64,000 nt of DNA from assembly GCA_026708035.1 (NCBI GenBank), contig JAPOVQ010000001.1, positions 151,970 through 215,969 of the forward strand. Reading direction: 5' to 3'. The DNA comes from Chloroflexota bacterium (lineage in GTDB: Bacteria; Chloroflexota; UBA11872). Shown in pieces: positions 48,470 through 57,542 of this stretch. The position numbers were made by a program, and so were the translations under genes. The notes under the pieces are model-generated. The model was not told where the DNA came from, did no database searches, and saw only the letters and a program-made list of their open reading frames with translations. Every line of letters starts with the position of its first letter. The first letter of the stretch is position 1.

Positions 48470-48937
48470 TCAGCCCGATAGACACGCCATCACGGGGTCG
48501 TAGTCGGGCAGCTCGGCCACCTCTGGCGCGGTTTCGATGTGCGCGACCTTGCCATCGCCGTCGACGACCACGATCACGCGGTTGGCGATGTTCATGTCCT
48601 CGATCAGCACGCCGTAGGCGCTCGCGGTGGCCCCGAGGGGATTGAAGTCGCTCAGCACCGGATAGCTCACGCCCGACTGCTCGGCCCAGGCCTTCAACGT
48701 CCAGGTGTTGTCGGTCGAGATCGCGACCGTCACCGTGCCCTCGAGTCCACCCAGCTTTTCCGCGATGATCGGCAACTGGTCGCTGCACACCGGCGAGAAC
48801 GCGGCCGGCACGAAATTGATCACCACCGTCGATCCGCGATGGTCGCTCAGCTTGAAGGGCTCGGCGTCCCTGGGGGCCGTCGGAAGCTCGAAGTCCGGGG
48901 CCTCGTCGCCCACTTTCAACGTTGCCGTCTCAGACAT
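48470..48937 (-). CDS. peroxiredoxin (AhpC/TSA family, Cys-type)
   Basis: VGDEAPDFELP … VVINFVPAAFSPVCSDQL …; start at MSETATLK (codon 48935..48937). Confidence 0.75.
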   Translation of the reverse strand: MSETATLKVGDEAPDFELPTAPRDAEPFKLSDHRGSTVVINFVPAAFSPVCSDQLPIIAEKLGGLEGTVTVAISTDNTWTLKAWAEQSGVSYPVLSDFNPLGATASAYGVLIEDMNIANRVIVVVDGDGKVAHIETAPEVAELPDYDPVMACLSG

Positions 48938-49006
48938 GACACATCTCCCGCGGAAGTAGCTGCCGCGATCGTACGGGTCGCCGACCCCGCCCACAAAACG
49001 GGCCGG

Positions 49007-50863
49007 CTAGCGATAGGCCGACGCCTGCATGCCGAACCAGGTGGCGTAGGTTCCGCCGCGGGCCAGCAGCTCCTCGTGGGTGCCGTGCTCGGACAGCCGC
49101 CCGTCCTCGATGACGTAGATGCGGTCGGCCATCCGCACGGTGGAGAACCGGTGCGAGATCAGCACCGCCATGTGGTCCGAGGTCAGCTCCCGGAAGCGCT
49201 GGAAGACCTCATATTCGGTGCGCGCGTCGAGCGACGCGGTGGGCTCGTCGAGGATGAGCAGCTGGGCGTCGCGCATGTAGCCTCGGGCCAGCGCGATCTT
49301 CTGCCACTCGCCGCCGGAGAGCTCGGTGCCGTCGCCCCACCAGCGCCCCAGCGTGGTGTCGTAGGTTTCGGGCAGTCCCTCGATAGTCTCGGCCGCACCG
49401 CTGCGTCGCGCCGCCGATTCCACCAGGGATCGCACGTCCTTGAGCGGCAGGTTGCCGTAGCCGATGTTGTCGTTGGCGGTGGCGTGAAATTGCACGAAGT
49501 CCTGGAACGTCACGCCGATCTGGCTGCGCACGCTGGCGACGTCGTACTCGCGCAGGTCCACGCCGTCCAGCGTCACGCGTCCGCGCGAGGGATCGTAGAG
49601 GCGGGTGAGCAGCTTGACGATGGTGGTCTTGCCCGCGCCGTTGGCCCCGACCAGCGCGATGGTCTCGCCGCGGCCGATGGTGAGGTCGATGCCGCGCAGC
49701 ACCGGCTCCCGCACGCCGGGATAGCTGAAGTGCACGTCGTGGAAGGCCATGCCCTTCCGGATGGGTCGCGGCACCGGTCGTTGCCCCGGATCGGGGCGAA
49801 TCGTCGGCTCGAAGGCCAAGAAGTCGAACAGGTTGGTCAGAAACAGATTGGCCTCATACATCGAGTTCACGCCGGCGAAGATCCGTCGCAGCCGCTCCTG
49901 GGTCTGCACCAGCGCCTGGTGATAGAGCGTGAGATCGCCCAGCGTCAGCCGCCCGGCGATGGTGGCCAGCGCCACGAAGATGTACAGCCCGGACGCCGTG
50001 CCCGCCGACACAATGCCGAGAGCGAAAGTGATGCTCTCGCGCGAGAGCGTGAGCTTGCGATTCTCGCGGTAGAACCGGGCAAAGGTGCGGCGGTACTGCG
50101 CCAGCAGATGGCCGCCCAGATCGAAGAGCCGCACCTCCTTGACCGTTTCGTCCGAGGTCATCACGTAGCCCAGATACCAGAGCCGGCGGGCGTCGGGCGC
50201 GCGCCGCCAGTTCATCCGGTAGCGCGCGCGGGCGAACCACATGTCGGCGCCCAGATAGGGGATGGACGTGACCGCCACCACCAGCAGAATCCACCAGGCC
50301 AGCGCCGCCAGCAGCGCCGCCACCGAGACAAGCTGGATGAAGCTGCCGGCCAGCGAAAAGACGTTGGTGACGAGCCCGGTCGGGCGCATGTTGGCCTCGC
50401 GGCGGGCGCGCTCCAGCATGTCGTAGAACGTCGAGTCTTCGAAATAGGCCAAATCCAGTGTCTCGGCCTTTTCCAGGATCATGATGTTGATCCGGTTCGA
50501 GAAGCGGTCGCCCAGCATCGCCTGCAGCGCGTTGCCCCCGTGATCGAGCGCCGTGCCGACCAGCGCCAGGGCCAGCTGCAGCACTACCAGCATCACCACG
50601 CGGTTGACCGAGTCGCCGGCGCCGCCGACGGCGATGGCCTCGACGACCGCGTCGATGACCAGCTTCGTGAGCCATATGGTCGCTGCGGGAATGAGGGCGC
50701 GAACCGCCGTGACGGCGGCTACCCCGGCGGTGAGGCCGGGACTGGTTTGCCACACCATGGCCATCACGCGCGGCGTGTAGGCAAACGTGGCGCCCAGGGC
50801 GCGCGCGAATTCGCGCGGACTGAAGGAAGCCCGCCCCGACGACCGCCCGTGCGCGAAATCCAT
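49007..50863 (-). CDS. ABC transporter, fused permease/ATP-binding protein (exporter type)
   Basis: 6-TM N-terminal domain; Walker A GANGAGKTT, signature LSGGEWQKIALARG, Walker B LILDEPTASLD. Confidence 0.8.
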   Translation of the reverse strand: MDFAHGRSSGRASFSPREFARALGATFAYTPRVMAMVWQTSPGLTAGVAAVTAVRALIPAATIWLTKLVIDAVVEAIAVGGAGDSVNRVVMLVVLQLALALVGTALDHGGNALQAMLGDRFSNRINIMILEKAETLDLAYFEDSTFYDMLERARREANMRPTGLVTNVFSLAGSFIQLVSVAALLAALAWWILLVVAVTSIPYLGADMWFARARYRMNWRRAPDARRLWYLGYVMTSDETVKEVRLFDLGGHLLAQYRRTFARFYRENRKLTLSRESITFALGIVSAGTASGLYIFVALATIAGRLTLGDLTLYHQALVQTQERLRRIFAGVNSMYEANLFLTNLFDFLAFEPTIRPDPGQRPVPRPIRKGMAFHDVHFSYPGVREPVLRGIDLTIGRGETIALVGANGAGKTTIVKLLTRLYDPSRGRVTLDGVDLREYDVASVRSQIGVTFQDFVQFHATANDNIGYGNLPLKDVRSLVESAARRSGAAETIEGLPETYDTTLGRWWGDGTELSGGEWQKIALARGYMRDAQLLILDEPTASLDARTEYEVFQRFRELTSDHMAVLISHRFSTVRMADRIYVIEDGRLSEHGTHEELLARGGTYATWFGMQASAYR

Positions 50864-51065
50864 GAGGGCGATGAGATCCGAGACTCGACCTAGACTAGAG
50901 GCTAGCAGCGCAACTGCGCCGACGAATCGAGCGGAGACGTGCCATCGACCTCAGCAGGCGGGTTTGGCGGGAGTCCACGCCTCGTGCGAACCCGGAGTGG
51001 TCGGCGTGGGTGACTGAGTTCGCCCCAGTCGCCCGATAGTCGAAAGGTTTCGGACAATCCGCTCC

Positions 51066-52277
51066 GTGGCACGTGCGAGCTCCGGGAACGACCAGTCCGA
51101 AGGCGTCACGCGCTACGCCACCTGGGCCGCGCGCATGGTTGTGCTGGCGGCGTTCTTCGATCTCTTCATGCAGTTCCCGATCATGGCGCCGCATGCCCGG
51201 GACCTCGGCGCGTCGGCCACGTTGGTCGGGGTGATCGTCGCGGCCTACTCGGTCACCAACCTCTTCGGCAACTTGGCCGCCGGGTTCGTCCTCGACCGAT
51301 GGGGGCGCCGGCTGCCAGTGCTTCTCGGCTTGGGAATCACGGCGCTGGCCGTCCTTAGCTACGCGGTGGTCCGCTCGCCCGAGCAGCTTCTGGCCGCGCG
51401 AGCGATCCACGGCCTTGGGGCGGCCGCGCTCACGCCGGGGGCCTTCGCCATCCTGGGAGACCGCGCCGTGACCGAGCGGCGAGCGCGGGCGATGGCGCTT
51501 GCCGGCGCCCTGATCGCGATCCCGGCCATGATCGGACCGCCGGCCGCCGGGCTGCTTCGCGACGCGTGGAGCGCCAATGCCGTGTTCGTGGCCGACGCCG
51601 CCTTCGTGATGGCCACGCTCATCATCTTTGCGACCACCTCGCGCGGGGCATGGCGCCCGGCGGATTCACGCACCGTCGCAAGCAGCGCCGAGTCACTGCC
51701 CGCCCTGTGGCGCAGCCGCCTGTTGTGGTCGGCCTATGCCGCCCAGTTCGCCATCACTGTCGGCGTCGGCGTCCTGGTGACGCACCTGCCCCTCGTGCTG
51801 GAAGACCAGGGCGAGACCGCCGCGCGGTCCGGCGTCAGCTTCGCGATCTACGCGCTGGTGTCGATGCTGGTGATGGCCAGTCCCATCGGGGGCGCGAGCG
51901 ACCGCATCGGACGATTCATTCCGTTGATCGTTGGACTCGTTGGCGTTGCAGCCGGACTGGCCGTGGTGGGAACGTCCACCGGCTACACCGGGATCGCCAT
52001 CGGAATGGCAGTCTTCGGCCTCGGGTACGGGCTCGTATTTCCGGCGGCGGCGGCATTGGTTACGGAAGCCACGGGCGCCAGGAGCCGCGGGAGGGTGTTC
52101 GGGGTCTTCTATGCGGTGTATTCGCTGGGCGTGGCCGCCGGTGCGGCCGGCAGCGGGCGACTGGCCGGGCAATTCGACGACATGGTCGGTCTGCCGTTCT
52201 TCGCGGCGGCCGTGGTCGTCCTGGCTGCGCTGCCCATCGTCGCGACGCTCAGGTATGCGACGCAATCGCGGGGGTGA
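51066..52277 (+). CDS. MFS transporter
   Basis: 12 predicted TM helices and an MFS motif-A-like loop (GFVLDRWGRRLP). Confidence 0.7.
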   Translation: MARASSGNDQSEGVTRYATWAARMVVLAAFFDLFMQFPIMAPHARDLGASATLVGVIVAAYSVTNLFGNLAAGFVLDRWGRRLPVLLGLGITALAVLSYAVVRSPEQLLAARAIHGLGAAALTPGAFAILGDRAVTERRARAMALAGALIAIPAMIGPPAAGLLRDAWSANAVFVADAAFVMATLIIFATTSRGAWRPADSRTVASSAESLPALWRSRLLWSAYAAQFAITVGVGVLVTHLPLVLEDQGETAARSGVSFAIYALVSMLVMASPIGGASDRIGRFIPLIVGLVGVAAGLAVVGTSTGYTGIAIGMAVFGLGYGLVFPAAAALVTEATGARSRGRVFGVFYAVYSLGVAAGAAGSGRLAGQFDDMVGLPFFAAAVVVLAALPIVATLRYATQSRG

Positions 52278-52343
52278 CCGGGTAGTCAGCCCATACCGGG
52301 GTCGAGGAGGACGACTGCACGCACGCTCGACGCCGACCCGAGA

Positions 52344-53216
52344 CTAGACATACCAGGGCAGCATCGGCTCGACGGCTAGCACCAGGAACACCAGCGCGAG
52401 GTAGACCAGCGAGAACTTGTAGGCGTTCAACGCCTGCTTGGAGCCGGCGCCGTTGCGCAGGGGCCAGGAGGCGCGCAGCCAGTAGGCGCCGAGCAACGTC
52501 GCCGCAAGGGCAAACGCCAGCCCGCCGTAGCCGGCGGCCAGCGGCAGCCATGCCAGGGCCGTGAGCAGCAGGATGTACAGCATGATCTGCACGGCGGTAT
52601 CGCGTGGGCTGGCGACGGCTCCCAGCATCGGAATCCTGGCCGCGCTGTAGTCATCGCGCAGCACCAGCGACAGCGTCCAAAAGTGCGGCGGGGTCCAAAA
52701 GAACACAAAGGCGAACATGTAGAGGCCGACAGCGTCGATGTGGCCTAAGACGGCGGCCGCGCCAATCAGCGGCGGGAACGCGCCGGCGGCGCCGCCGATC
52801 ACGATGTTGTTCCACGAACGGCGCTTCAGCAGGACGGTGTAGACGAGCACATAAACCGCGGCCGCCGCGAGCGTGAGCAGCGCGGCGAGGAGGTTGGTGG
52901 TGACTGCGAGGGCGACGACGGCGATCGCCACCAGCACGAGCCCGGCGATGACCGCCGCTGCCGGGCGGACCCGACGCGACGCCACCGCACGTTCGCGGGT
53001 GCGACGCATCTTGGCGTCGATGTCGGGCTCCAGACCCTGGTTGATGAGATTGGCCCCGGCGGCGGCCACGGCGCCGGCGAGCACCACGGCCAGCAACACC
53101 GCGGGCTCGGGGCTGCCGGCGGCGGCCCTCCAGACCCCGGCGGCAGCCGTGAAGACGAGCAGCAGAACGATTCGGGGCTTGGTCAGCGTGAAGAGGTGGC
53201 GAGCCAGCGCGGCCAT
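52344..53216 (-). CDS. ctaB: protoheme IX farnesyltransferase (heme O synthase)
   Basis: UbiA-family motifs (…NLINQGLEPDIDAKMRRTRERAVASRRV…; …NNIVIGGAAGAFPPLIG…FFWTPPHFW…). 290 aa from MAALARHL. The start overlaps the ctaA stop by 1 nt. Confidence 0.8.
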   Translation of the reverse strand: MAALARHLFTLTKPRIVLLLVFTAAAGVWRAAAGSPEPAVLLAVVLAGAVAAAGANLINQGLEPDIDAKMRRTRERAVASRRVRPAAAVIAGLVLVAIAVVALAVTTNLLAALLTLAAAAVYVLVYTVLLKRRSWNNIVIGGAAGAFPPLIGAAAVLGHIDAVGLYMFAFVFFWTPPHFWTLSLVLRDDYSAARIPMLGAVASPRDTAVQIMLYILLLTALAWLPLAAGYGGLAFALAATLLGAYWLRASWPLRNGAGSKQALNAYKFSLVYLALVFLVLAVEPMLPWYV

Positions 53217-54103
53217 CAGCGCCGCCGCGGCTGCAGCGCCAGGCCGAAATGGATCACCACCACCCACCAGAGCAGGGTGGCGAGCGCCAGATGCAGCACG
53301 CGCAGCTCGGGATAGAGGCCGATGGCGATGGACGTGACGCCGACGGCGAACTGCGCGGCTGATACGAGGCCTGCGGCCAGGCTCAAGTTGAAGGCAAGAC
53401 CGATTCCCGCGCGCCGCCAAACCTGCCAGGCGGTGAAGAAGAACGTCAGCAGAAGCGCCGAGGCCGCGGCCCGATGCAGCATGTGCAGGGTCAGGTTCTC
53501 CGCACCCACGCTTCCGTCGCAAAGCGGCAGCGTGGGGCAGCCGGCGCTGGAGTTGGTGCCCACGATGGAGCCGCCGACCAGCACTACGAACGCGGTCGCC
53601 ACCAGCAGCGCCCGCGTGCGACGAATCCCGGGCAGCGCCGCGCGGGTCCAACCCAGCGCATGCAGCGCACCAATGGTCAGCAGGGCCAGCGTGAGCAGGG
53701 AAAAGGTGAGATGGGCCAGGCGAACCATGCCGTGAAGCTCGGTGAGCACGGTGGCGCCGCCGAGCCCGGCTTGGGCGACGATGGCCGCCAGCGCCCACAG
53801 GAGCAGGCGGTTGGTTAATGGCTCAAGCGTCCGAGCGCGGAATGCGTACCAGGCGGCTACCGCGGTGGCGAGCATGGTGACGCCGGCGTAGACGCGGTGA
53901 CCGAACTCGATGGCGGTGTCGCCCTCGAGCTCAGGGACGATTACGCCTTCGCACAGCGGCCAGTCGGGACAGCCCAGGCCGGCCCCGGACACGCGCACCC
54001 AGGCGCCGTAGGCGATGAGGCCGATGGTGAGCACCGACGCGGCGAAGGCCCATTGACCGGCGCGGCGCACATGAATGGCGAGCGGAATCTCCGAGGCGTT
54101 CAA
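53216..54103 (-). CDS. ctaA: heme A synthase (COX15/CtaA family)
   Basis: GAWVRVSGAGLGCPDWPLCEG and a second CPTLPLCDG motif; 8 TM helices. The 5' end is uncertain (TTG 54103 or GTG 54070); the ORF track's extension to 54382 is probably an overprint. Confidence 0.65.
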   Translation of the reverse strand: MNASEIPLAIHVRRAGQWAFAASVLTIGLIAYGAWVRVSGAGLGCPDWPLCEGVIVPELEGDTAIEFGHRVYAGVTMLATAVAAWYAFRARTLEPLTNRLLLWALAAIVAQAGLGGATVLTELHGMVRLAHLTFSLLTLALLTIGALHALGWTRAALPGIRRTRALLVATAFVVLVGGSIVGTNSSAGCPTLPLCDGSVGAENLTLHMLHRAAASALLLTFFFTAWQVWRRAGIGLAFNLSLAAGLVSAAQFAVGVTSIAIGLYPELRVLHLALATLLWWVVVIHFGLALQPRRR

Positions 54104-54447
54104 GGGGCGCTGCGCTTCTACCGGGCCTGCGATGACACCAGGACCAGCACCGCGAGCAGCAATGCCGGAAGCAGCGTCCACGAGATCTCGGCGGGCCGGC
54201 CGCCGACGACGCTGCGGGCCGCCGTGGACCGCACGCGCATGCGCAGCGCGGTGACGACAACGGCGGCCTGGACGACCGCCAGGATTCCGACGACGAGCCA
54301 AAAGCCAAGGGTGTGCATCAGGGCAAGCGTAGCGAGCCGGCGCCGGTCGTGGCGGCCGACAACCGCAAGGGCCGGGGCGCACGGTACAAGCGGGAGCGCC
54401 GCAGGTCGAGGATCGGGTGGCAGCCGTTCACCGCGAGGGCGCGCCTA

Positions 54448-55971
54448 CTACTTGACGAGGCGGGTTTCTGGGTAGAACGCGGCCCATGCGAACCAGAAAT
54501 GATTGGCGTGGACGACCGGCGGCAGTTGAATGCCTTCCAAGGCTCCTGCCACCGCCTCGCCGGCGATCGACCAGGTTGAACCGGTTTCGCGGTCGGTGAA
54601 GGCTCCGTCCCCAGGCTCAAAGGTCAGCGTGCGGCCGGCGACCTCGCGCCCAAACGCCACCCCTGACCCCACGGCCTTCGCATCGGCGATGGCGCGAGCG
54701 TCCAGCGCGCTGGCCGTTTCCGGCGACCAGAACACGACAACCGGCAGGCCGCCCACCACGTCGTTGACCACGCCGACGCTTTGCAGGTGGGTAAAGGCGT
54801 AGGCCACAGCCTCGCCGCCGATTTCAATGGCCACGACGCGCTCCCCCGACCGCAGCCGGTCGTCCAACTCCCCGCGAAACAGAAACGGGCTGCCGCGGGC
54901 CGCGTCGTAGCCGGGATAGGGATTGCGACCGTAGTCGCGGCGGAAGCCCGTGTCGCGCCCCAGGACCATTCCATTGGGAAAGGACGCCTTGAACTCCCCG
55001 TATCCGATGAGCTGCGAGGGCAGCGGGTCGAGAAAGTACCCGGCCAGGTCGCCCACGATGCCCTCGCCGGTGAGCTGCTGCCACCAGGTCTCCGTCAGGT
55101 CGTCCCACATGATCAGGTCGCTGTTGCGCAGGTTGCCCGACACGCCGAAGCGCATGGTGGCCCCGAGCACCTCGCGGTCGAACACCAACGCTGAGTTGCA
55201 CAGCGGGCAGAAGGTCACGGCGACGGGTCGGCCCCCGACCACGTCGTTCGCGATCTCGTGCCAGGTCAGGATCTGGAGCGGATAGGCGCGAGTTTCGCCG
55301 TTGGCGCCGAAGACCACCACCGGCTCGCGGTCGTCGAGCCAGGCGTCCGCCTCGGGCGCGGCGACGAACGTGGGCGCGTCGATGGGCGGGATGCCGTCGC
55401 GCGGTACGCCGCCGGAGAGAATCTCCCCGTAGGACACCACGCTGAGATCGAAGTTCGTCTGCCATCCGCCCGACCGCCAGATCTCGATCTGTCCCCGGTG
55501 GTGCGACTCGGGCGCGATCAGGCGCGGCTCGCGCCGAGCGACGACGCTTCCCGGAAGGGTTATGGCCCCGTCGGCCAGCACGACATCGGCGGCCTGTATC
55601 GGCGTCGCCGTGGGGGATGGCGCCGGGGTGGCTGGCGGGGTCGTCGGCGCGGCGGTGGGCGCCGGAGTCGTCGGTGCGACAGTGGCCCGTGGAAGCATGT
55701 CGACCCGGGTGGCGGTCGGCGGAGTCGGGGAGGCCGTCGGCGGTGTTGGGGCTTGGGTTGCCGCAGCGGCAGTTGCAGGCGCCGAGGTCGGCGCGGCCGG
55801 GCTTGGGGATGGGGTGGACCCGTCCTCGGCGGTCAACGCCGACTCGCCGCAGGCGGTCAGCAGCGCCGAAGCGCCGCCCACGGCGATAACCGTGGCACCG
55901 CGCAGCAACTGGCGGCGGCTGAGGCTGGCTGTTCTTGTCATACCGCGCTCGTGGATCGTGGTGGAGACCAT
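54448..55971 (-). CDS. DUF3179-family secreted (Tat/lipoprotein) protein with Pro/Thr-rich linker
   Basis: RRQLLRGATVIAVGGASALLTAC signal; DGIPPIDAPTF … RPVAVTFCPLCNSALVFDR core. Confidence 0.6.
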   Translation of the reverse strand: MVSTTIHERGMTRTASLSRRQLLRGATVIAVGGASALLTACGESALTAEDGSTPSPSPAAPTSAPATAAAATQAPTPPTASPTPPTATRVDMLPRATVAPTTPAPTAAPTTPPATPAPSPTATPIQAADVVLADGAITLPGSVVARREPRLIAPESHHRGQIEIWRSGGWQTNFDLSVVSYGEILSGGVPRDGIPPIDAPTFVAAPEADAWLDDREPVVVFGANGETRAYPLQILTWHEIANDVVGGRPVAVTFCPLCNSALVFDREVLGATMRFGVSGNLRNSDLIMWDDLTETWWQQLTGEGIVGDLAGYFLDPLPSQLIGYGEFKASFPNGMVLGRDTGFRRDYGRNPYPGYDAARGSPFLFRGELDDRLRSGERVVAIEIGGEAVAYAFTHLQSVGVVNDVVGGLPVVVFWSPETASALDARAIADAKAVGSGVAFGREVAGRTLTFEPGDGAFTDRETGSTWSIAGEAVAGALEGIQLPPVVHANHFWFAWAAFYPETRLVK

Positions 55972-56233
55972 CCCGTTCTACCGACCCTACGTCTGCGGTG
56001 GCGTTACGGTTGGGAAGAACTCAGACACAAATCCGGTAGCACAGTCACCAGGATCCATCGCGCTGCGGCTAAACGCACCTTGTCACCTACGTGACTCCCA
56101 GCCCCAACTGACACTCGCGGAACCTCGACTTTGCTGAGCGCTTTCCTTCCTGTGCCGACTGGGACTTGTGACGATTTGCTGCGGAGCTGCGATACCCTCG
56201 GCTACCCAACCGCCCAGCCTAGTTGCGCTGCAT

Positions 56234-57139
56234 TCATTTCGCCCGATCCTTCTCATATCGGTCGACAATCTCGCGGTGCACGACCGCCACAAGCTTGGCT
56301 GGTGCATCCATCACGTCTTTAGGTGACAGCCAATCTCGCGATATCCTCTCAACGGTATTCTCGATCCTTACGCAAGCAAAGGGCAATGTGACGGTCGGAT
56401 CCATTCGCTCGTATTTTAGATAAATCTGGTGGTCGATTGTCCTCGGAAATGCCTGGTAGAAGTCTTGGTATAGCGAGATGCGTTCATCGGTTTTCTGTTT
56501 AACGACAAAGGCTGCGAAATCTGCCGCGCTCTGTTCCAGTGGTCGGAAATGCACCACTATTTCAGGGAAGCCAGGAACTCTCCATTCCTCAGTCTTGTTT
56601 GCTCGACCAATCCGACCCTCTCGAATCAAATTTTCCCGTATACGAACACCTCTTCTGAGCAATCTCTCCTGCAATCCTGTGAGAGTGAAGCGGAATCCCT
56701 TCTCTCTGTTACAGGACGAGCAAAGTAAAGCAAGATTGTGGAAATCGCTCGTGCCCCCATCGTCCGTCGGGCGTATATGATCGATCTCAAGCAACTCAGG
56801 ACGCTCAAGGAGATCAATGCTACACCCTTGGCAATAGGGTCCAAACTTGGCAATTAGCTCCGGGTGGTGTCGGCGCAAGCCGCGAAGATTCAGGGGCGGA
56901 TACTTAGCCAGGACCTTTTGCGGGTGCAGAGGTGGCAGCTGGCCCTGTCGGGCAATTTGGTCGCTATACATGACTTCGACATTAGGGGGCCAAGTCACAG
57001 ATTCTCGAATGAGAGCAAGGGTTTTCTGGGTCGAGGCAAGGATCCTTCGGTTTTCTTCGAGGGTGGGAGCAATGGCTCGATGAGCAGCCTCAACAGAGGC
57101 TGCGATTGCACGGAATTCGTGTGGATCAAGCAGATTCAC
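56234..57139 (-). CDS. HNH endonuclease-domain protein (301 aa) on a low-GC islet
   Basis: HNH motif CQGCSIDLLERPELLEIDHIRPTDDGGTSDFHNLALLCSSCNREKG; flanking N- and C-terminal regions of unknown function. Local GC ~48%. Confidence 0.7.
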   Translation of the reverse strand: MNLLDPHEFRAIAASVEAAHRAIAPTLEENRRILASTQKTLALIRESVTWPPNVEVMYSDQIARQGQLPPLHPQKVLAKYPPLNLRGLRRHHPELIAKFGPYCQGCSIDLLERPELLEIDHIRPTDDGGTSDFHNLALLCSSCNREKGFRFTLTGLQERLLRRGVRIRENLIREGRIGRANKTEEWRVPGFPEIVVHFRPLEQSAADFAAFVVKQKTDERISLYQDFYQAFPRTIDHQIYLKYERMDPTVTLPFACVRIENTVERISRDWLSPKDVMDAPAKLVAVVHREIVDRYEKDRAK

Positions 57140-57185
57140 TGCGAGTCTGGTGCGTGAGACATCGGGACAGTGAGATTCTAGCCGA

Positions 57186-57542
57186 TTAGCGCTTGCCAGA
57201 CTTCCCGGCCTTGCAGCAAGTCGGTCTTCTGCGCTTGTGGATGAGCGTAGTGCGACTAGTTCCGGGGACGGTTGGTGATGTGCTTGCAGAAGTCGCGAAA
57301 AACGGCGCGGACGGCACCAGCTCGACCCCCCGCGCGGCGCCGACGGACCGCAGCGGCGTCTCGATGGCGAGGTCCAGCGTCATCATGCGGCGCGGGCACG
57401 TGGCGCATGCGCCGGTGAGTTTCAGACGTACGTAGCCGTCCGGCGTGGCGCCCAGGTAGCGCAGCCCGCCGCCGTCGACGGCCATCTGCCTGGCGGCATG
57501 CTCCAGGACTTGCGCCACCGCCGGCGCCGCGCCGATCACCAC
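57186..57542 (-). CDS. NifU/Nfu-type Fe-S cluster scaffold protein (small)
   Basis: …VLEHAARQMAVDGGGLRYLGATPDGYVRLKLTGACATCPRRMMTLDLAIETPL… matches the Nfu C-terminal domain. Only the 3' third of ORF 57186..58232 is real. GTG start at 57540..57542 or 57537..57539, overlapping the ggt stop. Confidence 0.55.
   Translation of the reverse strand: MVIGAAPAVAQVLEHAARQMAVDGGGLRYLGATPDGYVRLKLTGACATCPRRMMTLDLAIETPLRSVGAARGVELVPSAPFFATSASTSPTVPGTSRTTLIHKRRRPTCCKAGKSGKR

Noticed and set aside
53216-54382. Full 388-aa extent of the ctaA ORF
   Set aside because: The first ~90 codons (MRPGPCGCRPPRPAP…) are low-complexity and overlap a separate small ORF. CtaA homology starts near …RRAGQWAFAASVLTIG, so the start was moved to ~54103.
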